DNA of 64,000 bases from assembly GCA_963803975.1 (NCBI GenBank), contig CAWDOY010000003.1, positions 64,001 to 128,000 on the forward strand, read 5' to 3'. Below, in pieces: positions 1 through 10,509 of the stretch. The translations under genes were made by a program, and so were the position numbers. The notes beneath the pieces are model-generated. The model made no database searches. It was not told the DNA's origin and worked only from the letters and a program-made list of their open reading frames with translations. Every line of letters begins with the position of its first letter. Position 1 is the first letter of the stretch. The DNA is from an uncultured delta proteobacterium (GTDB taxonomy: Bacteria; Desulfobacterota; WTBG01; CAIYCZ01).

Positions 1-58
1 GACAGTACACGTCATTCGCTCAGGCCTGCTTCCCTATGCCGGTCATTCTTGAATAGTA

Positions 59-521
59 TTATTGCTCTACAATAATTTTTCCTTTGAATTCAGCTTCTGG
101 CGAACTTTTTCCGGGAGACAGCCTTTTTACGATATAATCAAATGCTCCTTTTTCGATAAAACAGATGCTTGCCACTGCCCCCAGGCCAATCTTATTAGAG
201 ACAAATGACCCGTCCACATCAACCATAAAATTGACCGGACTCTGGCAGGACACGGTAATCTTCTTGTGCGGGAATAGAATCTCTATGAGGCTTTTTGATT
301 CATTTACCCAGATCACCGTAGCCCCCGGCTTAACTGAGAGGCTGGGTGGTATGATCCCCCGGTCAGACTGAATCCGTATAACATGAGCTCCCGCAAGGTG
401 CTTTTCCGGCATAACTTTTTCGTCCTGAGCCAAACTGCAGTCAATGGTAAAAGCAACAATTGAGATCAGCACTGCTGCAATGAACCAGATTTACTTTCAT
501 CCCATAATGTTCATAATGCAT
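59..521 (-). CDS. Secreted cupredoxin-fold-like protein (5' end probably frameshifted)
   Basis: ORF 59..472 has 'PPSLSVKPGATVIWVN...F...G.FDY', resembling plastocyanin-type folds but without the Cu-ligand set. AGGAGG RBS before ATG 521; hydrophobic signal segment split by an indel near 490. Confidence 0.5.
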
Positions 522-634
522 ATCCTCCTGTCTTTTTAAAATATTCATTCTGCCTGCTGATTCAGACAATAGTTGCTCAATCCACTTTCTCGAGTTTTGC
601 TTTTGCGGAAACACCTGTTTCCCCGTGCTGTATA

Positions 635-707
635 ATAAGTTAAGGGTCATGACTAGTAACAGCACGACTACAATGTGCTGAAACGCCAGTCATGACCCTA
701 AGCTTAT
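635..707. terminator. Long stem-loop downstream of the DUF1329 gene (terminator or REP-like)
   Basis: Arms ataagttaagggtcatgact (635-654) and agtcatgaccctaagcttat (688-707), plus inner cagcac/gtgctg pairing. Confidence 0.55.
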
Positions 708-764
708 GTATCTTTTAGAAACAATTTATTGCCTTTATGCCCTCTGCAGATTGAGTTCAAACCA

Positions 765-2166
765 TTAATGAGCCTTGCTTGACAAGTACCTCAGGTTGAA
801 GAGGTTTTCGCTCAAATTGGGCATATTGAGGGTAATGGTATGTGTTGCAATGGTTGCATGCTTGTTGATAACATCAATGATACAGGGGTTCCAGTAATCG
901 AGCTCCCCGTTGTCCGGACTCCAGCGCCATGCCCAGTCCCAGTACCTTCCAGAGCCGGCCTTTCTGGTCATGCCAGAACATCTGCTGCATGGCAAAGGTT
1001 TCCTTGTCCACATACCAGGTGCGCATCTTGTAAATGTAGGATGGCTCATCATAGGTTATTTTTACCACCCAGACGGGACGGCGCTCCCACCAGTAACGCT
1101 GACTTCTTCCCCCATACTTTTCTTCATATTTAATGGGCCTGGGGTTAAAGGACGGGCAGAGCACCACCGCTTCTCCAAGCAGTTCATACTTTGCCGGGTG
1201 AATAGATACCTTGCTCCAGTATCCTTTCCAGTCCTCCCAGCTGATATCTGAGCCCACCAGCGGGTCCTGGGTGTTGCTTCCGGAGAGGCGCCGGATTCTG
1301 CGCATGGATGGTATATAGGTGACAAATGAGTCTTCTGCTTTGTCATCTTTATAGCGGGTCCGCACTGCTGCAAATCCGCGCAGGTCATACGGATAAAGAG
1401 CCACGATGGAACCTTTTTCATAGATGTCTTCAAAGCCGGGAATTACCGGAAACGGCGGGACCTTGATCCGGCCGACATAATTCTGCCAGTGGAGTTCAAT
1501 CTTTTCCTCCCGCTCCTGTTTCCCATTTCTTCCATAATAGCCGAATCCGAGCGGCATGGAATTCAGGTTATCACCCATGATGGTCAGCCGGTCATAGTTA
1601 TGAACTATCTCTATCGCTGTTTTAGGCTTGGGAAATGGTATGCCGGCAACCCAGCCCCGGAGAATATTTTTATCATCGACTGAGCTGGTGCCGGCATATT
1701 TTTTTGAAGCCTCCATGTATCCCCGGTCATTCCAGGCGTGGGTCGTGGGGACGATTACCATTTCCAGGGGGAAATAATTATAGCCTGCAAATAAACCGGT
1801 GCCCATCATACGGTCTACTTCCCAGTCAAATCCGTAGGGCAATAGTTCGCGCAGCTCTTTTTCATACTGCTTGACATTCTCGGGAGTTATGACCAGCCCC
1901 GGTTTGATGCTCGGCGCCTTGGTATCTTTGGCAACCATGTCAACCGCATTATATCCCAAAAATTCCTCCCACTCTTTGCCGAGCTTTATAGCTTCGGGAG
2001 TGCAGAGCCGTTCAGCCCATTCCTTGTATACCGGGTCGCCCTGCGTTGCAGCAAAGTCTTTCCATGGTTTGACCCATGATGGCAGCTCCTCAGCTCCTGC
2101 TGGAATAAACATCCCCAAAACAAGCAGGAGAGCTATAAAATGTAATTTCGTATGTTGCTTTGCCAT
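765..2166 (-). CDS. DUF1329 family periplasmic protein (LolA-like sorting domain), frameshifted near 945
   Basis: Signal peptide; 'GIPFPKP', 'YIPSMRRIRRL', 'WYVDKE..DQKGRLWK' motifs. The C-terminus continues in ORF 765..1052 and is collinear with the intact paralogue at 10510..11922. Confidence 0.85.
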
Positions 2167-2181
2167 GACAGTCTCCTTTCC

Positions 2182-3854
2182 TTAAAATTGGTATTTCAAG
2201 CGCAGGTACACCTGAGCGTTTTTCTGAAACAGGCCGAACGATTTCCCGGTATCATGATCACCGTGAATATACATAACACCGAGTTCGGGTCTGAAGTGTG
2301 TACCATAGGCAAGGTCAATCTTGGTTTTTATGGCATAGCCATGCTCTTCGAAATCATACAGAAACAGGAGCTGCGGGACTATGCGTTTGTTGTCATACTG
2401 GGTATTGACCAGGAAGCTGAAATACTTCTGCGTCTTGTGGATGCGCCAGGGGTCAATCCGGTCACTATTGTACGATCCGGGAAGCGGCGGAAGCCGCGTC
2501 TTTGCTCACCTTCTCATTAAAATAGAACGGTGCGTTCACTAACTGGCCATCAAGCCCGAAAATATAGTACATGAAAAACTGGGCGCTGCAGAAGAACGAT
2601 TCACGTGAATTCAGGAACCTGAGATACACCGGCCAGTCAAGCCCAACCATGTACCGGAGCTGATCCTTGTCTTTTTTATAACCGGTTAAACCATATTTGG
2701 GATTGAGTCCGGTCCAGGCCATGTCGCCGATCCTTTTCCCTTCGTTCTGGAACGGCTTTTTGAATTCATACAGCGCCTCTACCCGCAGCACCGGAGCAGT
2801 TTGACCGCCCAGCTTAATCTGTGAAATTTCACGATTAACGGTAAACCCGACAATTCTTCGCGAGCCATAATACCTGTTAAAATTGAGGGTAAGAGCTGCC
2901 CGGTCCCACGGCGGAATGGTCAGGCTCGGGGATTTTGGTTTCAGGACAACATCCGGCTGGGTCCCATAGTAAAAATTTAAACGTAAACAGCCACTCATTC
3001 CAGTTGCCCATGATGCGCATGGCATACTCATTATTCCGTGCGCGTATCCCCTGGGGATGGGTATTATTCACATTAACGCGGGCAAGGTAGGGCAGGTTCG
3101 GCTCATTGGTTGCCCACACGCCACCATCAGCCTCATACAACTCAAGACGGTTCTGCTTTGGTTTGCCAGGGTTGAGAATGAACTCAATCTGCAAATCTCT
3201 AATGCAAAACGGTTCAATCCCCGGGAAATAGGTTGCCTTTAACAGCCACAGGGGGATGCGGGTGTATTCATACCCTTCATCAGAGTCTCTCAGCACCCAC
3301 TCCCGGCGCAGGTCCTGGGGATTGATGAAGTCCATGAGCCGCAGCCCGTCGCTTTCGCCCCAGACCACCTGTTGCCTGCCGATGCGGAAATTGACATGCT
3401 TGCTCTCGATATCAAAATAGAGCTCGCGGAAAAATTCCGCTCCCTGGTCGTTCTTCGTCCATTCCCAGGCGAGGTTGTTTCTGGCACGGGATTTCTGCGC
3501 GGGAGTGTTGTTTGCTTCTTGCCACCAGCGTTTACCACTTTGAATCTGGTAGGCAAGGTCGCCGAACAGTCTGTTTATTCCGTATAATGAAACGCCCTCT
3601 GAAATCTGATAGGTCCACTCAAGTTGCATGGTGCTGTAATCACTGACATTTTTACCGCCAAACTTGGGATCAAAGCCGATTGCAGCTTCCTGCATAAGGA
3701 AACCGTTAATACTGAACGGGCGGCAGAAAATCTGATAGGTATTAGTGCCGCTTGCCGGACCCGCACCGGTATCTGCCTTTTCCTTTGCTGCAGCAAACTG
3801 TAGGGGGAAAGCTATTACTATAAGAGCTACAACAGTAAACTTTAGTTTTTTCAT
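2182..3854 (-). CDS. DUF1302 family outer-membrane beta-barrel protein (frameshifts near 2975 and 2490)
   Basis: Signal peptide and 'RELYFD..RIGRQQVVWGESDGLRLMDFINPQD'. Joins ORFs 2877..3854 and 2465..3031 plus a last frame ending 'NAQVYLRLKYQF*' (beta-signal with terminal Phe). Adjacent to DUF1329. Confidence 0.8.
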
Positions 3855-3960
3855 GTTCCCTCCTTTTGCTTCGTAGTCTTAACTGCCCTTGAAAGCTACT
3901 CTTTGAAACAACGTGTTTGCTTCAATCACCTCCTTTGCTGGATAAATTTTCCGGGCTTTG

Positions 3961-6360
3961 TTAACTCGCTGTTTGAGATTCCTGGTTCAGTTCATCCAGA
4001 TGAGCATGCCTCCGGATGAATTTTGGTTTTAACCAGTTGATTGCAGCAGGGATAAAGAACAGCGCGCCCAACATATCGAAAAACATAAGAAATGCTATGA
4101 GAAGACCCATCTCTGCATTAAATCGCAGATCAGATATAGCCGGCCACAGAAGAAGCGGGATAATAATAGTGATTGCAGTGATAATCACTCCTTTCCCTGC
4201 AGAATTTAAAGAGGTATGAGTCATCATCCGCCAATCTCCGCGGGTGTTTTTAAACTCTTCTTCCATGCGGCTCAGCAAATAAATTCCATAGTCAACACCA
4301 ACGCCAAGACCGACCGCAGAAACCGGCAGCGTGTTGATGTCCAGCCCGATGTTTTTCAGTACCATATAGGCAAAGGCAACCATGTTGGCAACCAGCAGCG
4401 GCAGGCACAGGATGAGTGCCGCCACCATTGAGCGGTAGGCAATGCCGCAGAATACTACCACGGTAATAAACGCCAGGAGCAGCGTTCCTGTCTGCGACCA
4501 GACAATTTCTTCATTGGTTGCAGCCAGTACGCCACCGTACCCTCCGGCAAACCTGAATTGCACGCCCTCGATCTTCGGCTGGGTCTTGAAGAATTCCCTG
4601 GTTGAATTGATTACCTGCGTGAGGGTATCTCCCAGATGGTTTTTCAAAAAGACGCTGACAATGGTATGCTTGTAGTGCGGATCAACAATGGTCGTGTAGT
4701 CTCCCGGGTCACCGGCCATGCGATAGAAGAACATAAGCTGGCCGATGAGCTTCACGTCATCAGGAACAGCGAGGTAGCGGGCATCCCCCTCATGGAACTC
4801 TTTGTTCATCACCTTCACAATCTTGGTCAGGGACTGGGTGCCGCCGACGATATCCGGGTGCTTGTGGGTGATATAGCGCTCGTAGAGGTCAATCCGCTTC
4901 ATAACTTCAGGCTTCTCAACAGCTCCCTCCTCTCCCTCAACTATGACACTTATCATGTCGGTGCCGGCAGAATCAAACACCTTGTTGATCATCTCGCAGT
5001 CCTTGTTGTACTGGGAGTCAGGCCATAGAATAGGCGAGCCGGGATGGGTGTCGCCGATTTTAATCCCGGTTGAGATGTAGGTTGCACCCAGGCCGATAAT
5101 GATAACCACCAGCAGTATAATCCAGTTTAATCGGCCATAGGTCATTTCACCAATTTCATCAAGCCAGGTCCGTTTGGTTGCAACCGGTGCGTCTTTTTCC
5201 CAGGAAAATGCATACCGGTGCAGGTCTTTGGGCGTCGGCATGTAGGAACACAGTATCGGTCCCAGCACGCCGACAATGAGCAGGATGGAAAGAACCCAGA
5301 AGGAGCAGAGAAATGATATCTTCTGGATCATGGGGATGCGTGCCAGGATCAAAACTGAAAAACCTGCTGCGTCAGTAACAATGGCGGCAAGGCTGGCAAG
5401 AAATATTCCGTCTATTGTCGCTATGGCTGCTTTTGCTTTGTCACCGCAGACATTGAGCTCTTCCAGGTAGCGCCGGGTCACCTGCACCGAGTGGCTCAGC
5501 CCGCGGGCTCCCACCAGCACCGGCAAGACGATCATAAGGGGGTTGAAGTTCACGCCCAGAATTCCTATGAAGCCGAATCCCCAGATGGTGCACAATATGC
5601 CGGCAAACAGGGGAATGATCACACCCACAATGTTTCTGAAAATATAGATAACTGCTGCGATGATAAATAAAAATGTGACGCCGAATATGAGGTAGGTTTT
5701 CGGCATAAACTGGTAAATCCACCCGAGCAGCATGGGGCGGCCGGCAATGTGCAGCGTAGTATTATCATCCTCTTCCTTCTGCTTGAGGCCCTGTATGAAG
5801 TCAAAGAATTTGGTGTAATCGATATCCGGCCAGCAGTCAGCAATCATTAAGGTTGCCTTGCCATCCCGGGACACCATGAAACCGTTATATGCTTCATTGG
5901 TAAAAATGTTGTATTTCAAGCGCTCGATGCCCTCGGGCGTCTTATCAATCTCCGGCCACATCAACGCTGACACGTCAACCGTACCGCCCACGTGACCTTT
6001 CGCCACTTTGCTCTTGCGCTGGGCAATAGAGTACACAAAAGCGCGCCGGACATCCTTGTAAAACAGGATTTCATCGCTGACCCGCTTGATTTTTTCCAGG
6101 GTCTGGACATTAAAGATGTCACCATTTTTTACTTTCAACGCCACCATGACCGTGTTGCTGCCCCCGTATTGCTCCACATACTGCTTATAGAGCTTGATAA
6201 ACGGGTGCTGCGGAGGAATCATTTCTTCAAGGATTACCTCGACGCTCAAGCGTTTGGTAACCCCGTAAATGAAGACCACTGAACATATGCACATGATAAT
6301 CAGGATTATTTTATGATACCGGTAAAAAATTTCACCCAGCGTAGCCCGTTGTTTTGCCAT
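3961..6360 (-). CDS. MMPL/RND family transporter permease
   Basis: About 800 aa with two internal repeats of TM + periplasmic domain + 5 TM; 'GLGVGVDYGIYLLSR' motif; RBS before MAKQR at 6360. Confidence 0.9.
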   Translation of the reverse strand: MAKQRATLGEIFYRYHKIILIIMCICSVVFIYGVTKRLSVEVILEEMIPPQHPFIKLYKQYVEQYGGSNTVMVALKVKNGDIFNVQTLEKIKRVSDEILFYKDVRRAFVYSIAQRKSKVAKGHVGGTVDVSALMWPEIDKTPEGIERLKYNIFTNEAYNGFMVSRDGKATLMIADCWPDIDYTKFFDFIQGLKQKEEDDNTTLHIAGRPMLLGWIYQFMPKTYLIFGVTFLFIIAAVIYIFRNIVGVIIPLFAGILCTIWGFGFIGILGVNFNPLMIVLPVLVGARGLSHSVQVTRRYLEELNVCGDKAKAAIATIDGIFLASLAAIVTDAAGFSVLILARIPMIQKISFLCSFWVLSILLIVGVLGPILCSYMPTPKDLHRYAFSWEKDAPVATKRTWLDEIGEMTYGRLNWIILLVVIIIGLGATYISTGIKIGDTHPGSPILWPDSQYNKDCEMINKVFDSAGTDMISVIVEGEEGAVEKPEVMKRIDLYERYITHKHPDIVGGTQSLTKIVKVMNKEFHEGDARYLAVPDDVKLIGQLMFFYRMAGDPGDYTTIVDPHYKHTIVSVFLKNHLGDTLTQVINSTREFFKTQPKIEGVQFRFAGGYGGVLAATNEEIVWSQTGTLLLAFITVVVFCGIAYRSMVAALILCLPLLVANMVAFAYMVLKNIGLDINTLPVSAVGLGVGVDYGIYLLSRMEEEFKNTRGDWRMMTHTSLNSAGKGVIITAITIIIPLLLWPAISDLRFNAEMGLLIAFLMFFDMLGALFFIPAAINWLKPKFIRRHAHLDELNQESQTAS

Positions 6361-6390
6361 AGCTCCTCCTGTTCTGCCTGTCACGTAGCG

Positions 6391-7527
6391 TTAATTATTT
6401 GCCAGCACCATGTCGAACGGTTTTTCCGGATATTCCATCAGCTCCCATGAATACCCTCCGGTAGCAGCGCGCAGGACCATACCGTTTTCACCCACCGTGA
6501 TTGCTTCCTCTCCTGTTCTGGCAATGAATTTGACTTTATAAAGCCATTTATAATCAATATTTAATTTCATCTCGGTTGGCGACATCCAGTTCTGCAGATA
6601 CGGCTTTTTAAGAAAGGCATAATAGGCGATAATTCCCTGACCCACGGCAAAAGCGTCCTTGCGGATAATATCAGGGCCGCCCCGCCGGAACGTCACGCCA
6701 TAGTAGTGGGTTTTCTTATTGGGGGATTCTGCGATCCAGGTTTTACCGCCGTCAACAGTTTTCAGTATGGTAGCATCAAGCCCGGCAGCAAACCCGAAAT
6801 TCTGGTCATAAAATTCCACATCAAGCAGGGTATTCCCGGTGCCGCTTTTCAGCTTTTCCCAGGTCTTGCCCCCGTCGGCGGTTTTGATCACCGTGCCGTA
6901 CTCACCGACAGCCCAGCCCATCTGGGGATTCAGAAAATAGACGCTGTTGAGGGTGTAGACTTCTTCCTCAGCGCCAAAATTCTCCTTTACGACCTCACCT
7001 TCCTTGAGCTGGGAGATGTCCAGCTCCATGGGTTCGCCGCCGTGGACTTTCTCCCAGTTGCTCCCGCCATCCGTGCTGTGCAGAATGGTCTCATACTGGC
7101 CGACAATCCACCCTTCCTGGGGGGAAACAAATTTTACATCATTATATAAATAGCGCATGCCGGTTGACACCTTTTTCCAGCTTTTGCCGCCATCAGCGGT
7201 CCGCACTACTACCCCGCCATAGCCAACTGCCCAGGCAACGTCAGGGGAAACCGCGCATACCCCTACCAGGTCACTCCCAACGCCGCTGTTCTGGTAGTTC
7301 CATTTCTTGCCTCCGTCAGTTGAAGCAATGATTGTTCCGTACTGCCCAACTGCCCAGCCGCTGCTGTCATTGCAAAAAGATACTGCCAGGAGATGGTCAC
7401 GCAGGCGCCAGGTCTTCACTTCCTCCTCTTCCACGAGACCGGTTGTAATTTTCATATACCAGTAGCTCACCCCGACCACAGCAGCCATAAATATACAGAT
7501 TAGAATCACGCGCGTCCTGAAACTCAT
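6391..7527 (-). CDS. YCF48/BNR-repeat beta-propeller protein
   Basis: Repeated 'GWAVG.YG.I..T.DGG.SW' Asp-box units; N-terminal TM; the usual partner of DUF1329/DUF1302/RND clusters. Confidence 0.9.
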   Translation of the reverse strand: MSFRTRVILICIFMAAVVGVSYWYMKITTGLVEEEEVKTWRLRDHLLAVSFCNDSSGWAVGQYGTIIASTDGGKKWNYQNSGVGSDLVGVCAVSPDVAWAVGYGGVVVRTADGGKSWKKVSTGMRYLYNDVKFVSPQEGWIVGQYETILHSTDGGSNWEKVHGGEPMELDISQLKEGEVVKENFGAEEEVYTLNSVYFLNPQMGWAVGEYGTVIKTADGGKTWEKLKSGTGNTLLDVEFYDQNFGFAAGLDATILKTVDGGKTWIAESPNKKTHYYGVTFRRGGPDIIRKDAFAVGQGIIAYYAFLKKPYLQNWMSPTEMKLNIDYKWLYKVKFIARTGEEAITVGENGMVLRAATGGYSWELMEYPEKPFDMVLANN

Positions 7528-8192
7528 GCTGGTTCCTCCTTCCCGGTGGTTTACTGCAGATGAAAATGTAATATGGTGTAACGCTCAGTGTTTTGTGATT
7601 ACTGCTCAATACGGCGTATGTACTCCACTCATACTTCGGCATTGAGAAATCCGGATAATATTCGCGCACGATAATTCGCTGCGGCACAATTTTGATGAAA
7701 TAAAAAGCAGCAAGCGCCTGCTCCACTTTTTCCGTGAATTGCTTGGCTGTTAATCCCTTTCGTTCAATTTTTGCCAGCTTCTCAGTGCAGACATAGAGGT
7801 TCCATTTTTTAGCCTTGGTCTTGAACACGCGCGGATTGTTTTTCATGTTTATTAATTCAGCTTTGCCAAAAATCTGGAGACTTTTTTGCAGTTTATAATG
7901 GTCTAAGGGTTGTTGATAGATTGCTGCAGAAACGATAGGATTTCGCTTAATGTTTGCTATTTTAGTGCTTGGTTCGGCGAAGATATAAATGGTCAGACCC
8001 TCGTTGAAAAACTCCAGGGTAGTTGCGCGTGGTACATTGTTATGGCAGGTGGCAAGCACCAGGCAGTTTCTGTGGTGTGGTGCCGCAGGGGTATTTGTCT
8101 AAATTATTACTGGGCAGGCCGCAGGTTGATTTTAAAAATTCTAGTATCTCTTTTTTAACCCGCAGCTTTGATTTTTTCTTCGGTAGTAGCAT
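7397..8192 (-). CDS. Pyridoxamine 5'-phosphate oxidase-like FMN-binding protein (frameshifted; true 3' end probably near 7600)
   Basis: 'LATCHNNVPRAT..EF....TKIANIKRNPIVS...SLQIFGKA'. The N-terminus from ATG 8192 is joined by an indel near 8075; the 3' overlap with the next gene suggests another indel. Confidence 0.7.
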
Positions 8193-8347
8193 TGCTCACT
8201 TCCCCCTCTCGCCGGGATAAAAAGATTATCTGCAATAAAACAACGTTCATGTTGCGCATGGTTACATAAACTTATAGAGGCCCGTGCAACTGAAACCGGA
8301 GAGATGTCCCTGTGCCTTTTTCCTTTACTATAGGGATTTGAAATGTT

Positions 8348-8369
8348 AAATACGGCAAATGCCGTATTT
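8348..8369. promoter_or_regulatory. Palindromic operator, NarL-type 7-2-7 architecture
   Basis: AAATACGGCA-AA-TGCCGTATTT perfect inverted repeat between divergent genes; extra half-site ccgtattt at 8384-8391. Confidence 0.55.
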
Positions 8370-8439
8370 GTAACATAAGGATACCGTATTTATAAAAATA
8401 AACTTCAGGGGCAAAAACTACTGCTCAGAAGGGGGATAT

Positions 8440-9099
8440 ATGGCAGATAAAAAGCGCATCCTTATTGTGGAAGACCGTACTATCGTGAGGGAGGGTCTGC
8501 GCCTCCTGGTGACATCAGATGAACAGTACAGTATAGCAGGGGAAGCTGAGGACGGACATGCTGCAATAAAGGTCGCCAGGGAGTTGCAGCCGGACCTTAT
8601 TCTGATGGACCTGAGCATGCCCAGGATGAACGGGATGGATGCAATCAGGGAAATTAAAAAAGTCTGTCCTGCTATAAAAATTCTGGTGCTTACCGTACAT
8701 GATACAGACGAATTTATTATTGCCTCTCTTGAGGCAGGCGCTGACGGGTACATTCTGAAGGATGCCAATAAATCTGAGTTGATGCTGGCTATAAAGAGTG
8801 TCCTGGAAGGTAAACCGTTTTTAAGTCCCGGGATTTCAGAAAAAATAATCAGTGGCTACCTTTCCAGGCAGCGGCCGCAAAAACCAAAAACATCGCTGCA
8901 GGGGCTCACGCACCGCGAGCGCGAAATCCTTAAATTAATTGCCGAAGGCTATAAGAACAAAGCAATCGCTGAACTTCTTTGTATCAGTGCCAACACCGTG
9001 GAAAAACACCGGGAAAACATAATGCATAAGCTGGAGCTGCACAATGCGTCCGGTTTGACGTTATTTGCTATGGAGAATGGAATCATCATGAAAGTCTAA
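8440..9099 (+). CDS. NarL/FixJ (LuxR-HTH) family response regulator
   Basis: REC domain (ILIVED, MDLSMP, GYILK) plus LuxR HTH 'LTHREREILKLIAEG...TVEKHR'. Confidence 0.95.
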   Translation: MADKKRILIVEDRTIVREGLRLLVTSDEQYSIAGEAEDGHAAIKVARELQPDLILMDLSMPRMNGMDAIREIKKVCPAIKILVLTVHDTDEFIIASLEAGADGYILKDANKSELMLAIKSVLEGKPFLSPGISEKIISGYLSRQRPQKPKTSLQGLTHREREILKLIAEGYKNKAIAELLCISANTVEKHRENIMHKLELHNASGLTLFAMENGIIMKV

Positions 9100-10475
9100 A
9101 GCTTCCAGGTCGCACTGATGGTCGTTCCTTCTCCCTCGCCTGAATAGATTTCCAATCCCCCCCCGGACAATTCAACCCGCTCCCTCATGCTGATAAGCCC
9201 GAAGCCATTCTGTATGGTTGGATCAACACTCATGCCGGGCACATCAAACCCCCTGCCGTTATCTTCAACAGAAAGATTGATCCTGCTGTTATGCTGAGCC
9301 AAAGAAATAGTGATGTGATTAGCATTACTGTGTTTGGCTATATTGGTGAGCGACTCCTGCAATACCCGATAAATAACTATCTTTAAGTGATTGGGCACCA
9401 ATTCTTCACGTATGTTTATTTGTTGCTCTATTGCTATCCCGACATAGGTCTTCTGGTATTCTCGACAGAACCAGGAAATGGTTGCGATGATGCCCAGCTG
9501 GTCAATGCTGGCAGGACGCAGCGAAACTGATATTTTCCGCGCTTCCGACAGGGTGTTCTGGATGAGATGAACAACGCGGTTCAACGAAGCAAGGCTGTCG
9601 CTGGAATTGCCTTTTTCAATGAGATCCTGTGCATTCTCAACGCTGAACTTAATGGCAGTCAACCCCTGACCCACCTCATCGTGCAGCTCACGGGATATGC
9701 GCTGTCTCTCTTTTTCTCCTGCCTGCATTAATTGTGTCGAGAGAAACCGGAGACGTGCTGTTGATGCATTCAATGCCCGCTGGGTGAATATGATAAAGAA
9801 AATGGTAACAGCAAAGATGAGGCTTGCTGATACCCGGGCAACCATTATTATCTGCCTTGATTTGCGTTTGACAATGCTATCCAGTATCTGGATTGTATCA
9901 GTCAGCTCGGCAATAAAATAGCGGTTCAGAGAAGAGACCATGTATTCAATGTCAAAGGTCAAATCAAACAGCAGAATGTACTCCATGCTCTGGCCACGCC
10001 GCTCCATCTGATACATCAGCTCATGGAGCAGGCTTCGCTTCTCGGTCTGCGCTTTCTGATCTGCCTGGGTCAGGTATTCATCAAAACTGAACGTCACCGA
10101 CTCGATACGCGGCTTGATGATATACCAGAGATTCCCCGTGCCCTCGACTTTATTTTTCAGGTCTGCATTTATCTGCGTCAGATTTTTAACAATATCAGAC
10201 TGCATGAAGTCCTTAAGATCATGGTCAAATGTTGAGATTGAGCTTATCCAGCGCTGGCGGGCAAAAGAGAGATCATTGGCAATCAGCAAATCTTTAGTAG
10301 AGCTGACCAGATCATTCCAGGCTTTGAGCAGTTCATGTGCCTGGGTATTTTTTTGCGACAGCCGCTTTGTTTCAAAGTCATAGTACTCGAAAAGGCTGAT
10401 AATACTGCCAAAGCTCAGCAACAGCACAATAATGACTGATGAAGGCTTGGAAATAATGTGTGGCAGTCGTCTCAT
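9096..10475 (-). CDS. HisKA_3 (NarX/UhpB-type) membrane sensor histidine kinase
   Basis: Two TMs around a periplasmic domain; 'ERQRISRELHDEVGQ', 'QESLTNIAKH', 'DNGRGF', 'GFGL' boxes. Confidence 0.95.
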   Translation of the reverse strand: MRRLPHIISKPSSVIIVLLLSFGSIISLFEYYDFETKRLSQKNTQAHELLKAWNDLVSSTKDLLIANDLSFARQRWISSISTFDHDLKDFMQSDIVKNLTQINADLKNKVEGTGNLWYIIKPRIESVTFSFDEYLTQADQKAQTEKRSLLHELMYQMERRGQSMEYILLFDLTFDIEYMVSSLNRYFIAELTDTIQILDSIVKRKSRQIIMVARVSASLIFAVTIFFIIFTQRALNASTARLRFLSTQLMQAGEKERQRISRELHDEVGQGLTAIKFSVENAQDLIEKGNSSDSLASLNRVVHLIQNTLSEARKISVSLRPASIDQLGIIATISWFCREYQKTYVGIAIEQQINIREELVPNHLKIVIYRVLQESLTNIAKHSNANHITISLAQHNSRINLSVEDNGRGFDVPGMSVDPTIQNGFGLISMRERVELSGGGLEIYSGEGEGTTISATWKL

Positions 10476-10509
10476 AGTGCGGGGTATCTACAGTTCAGAA
10501 TCTTCTGTT

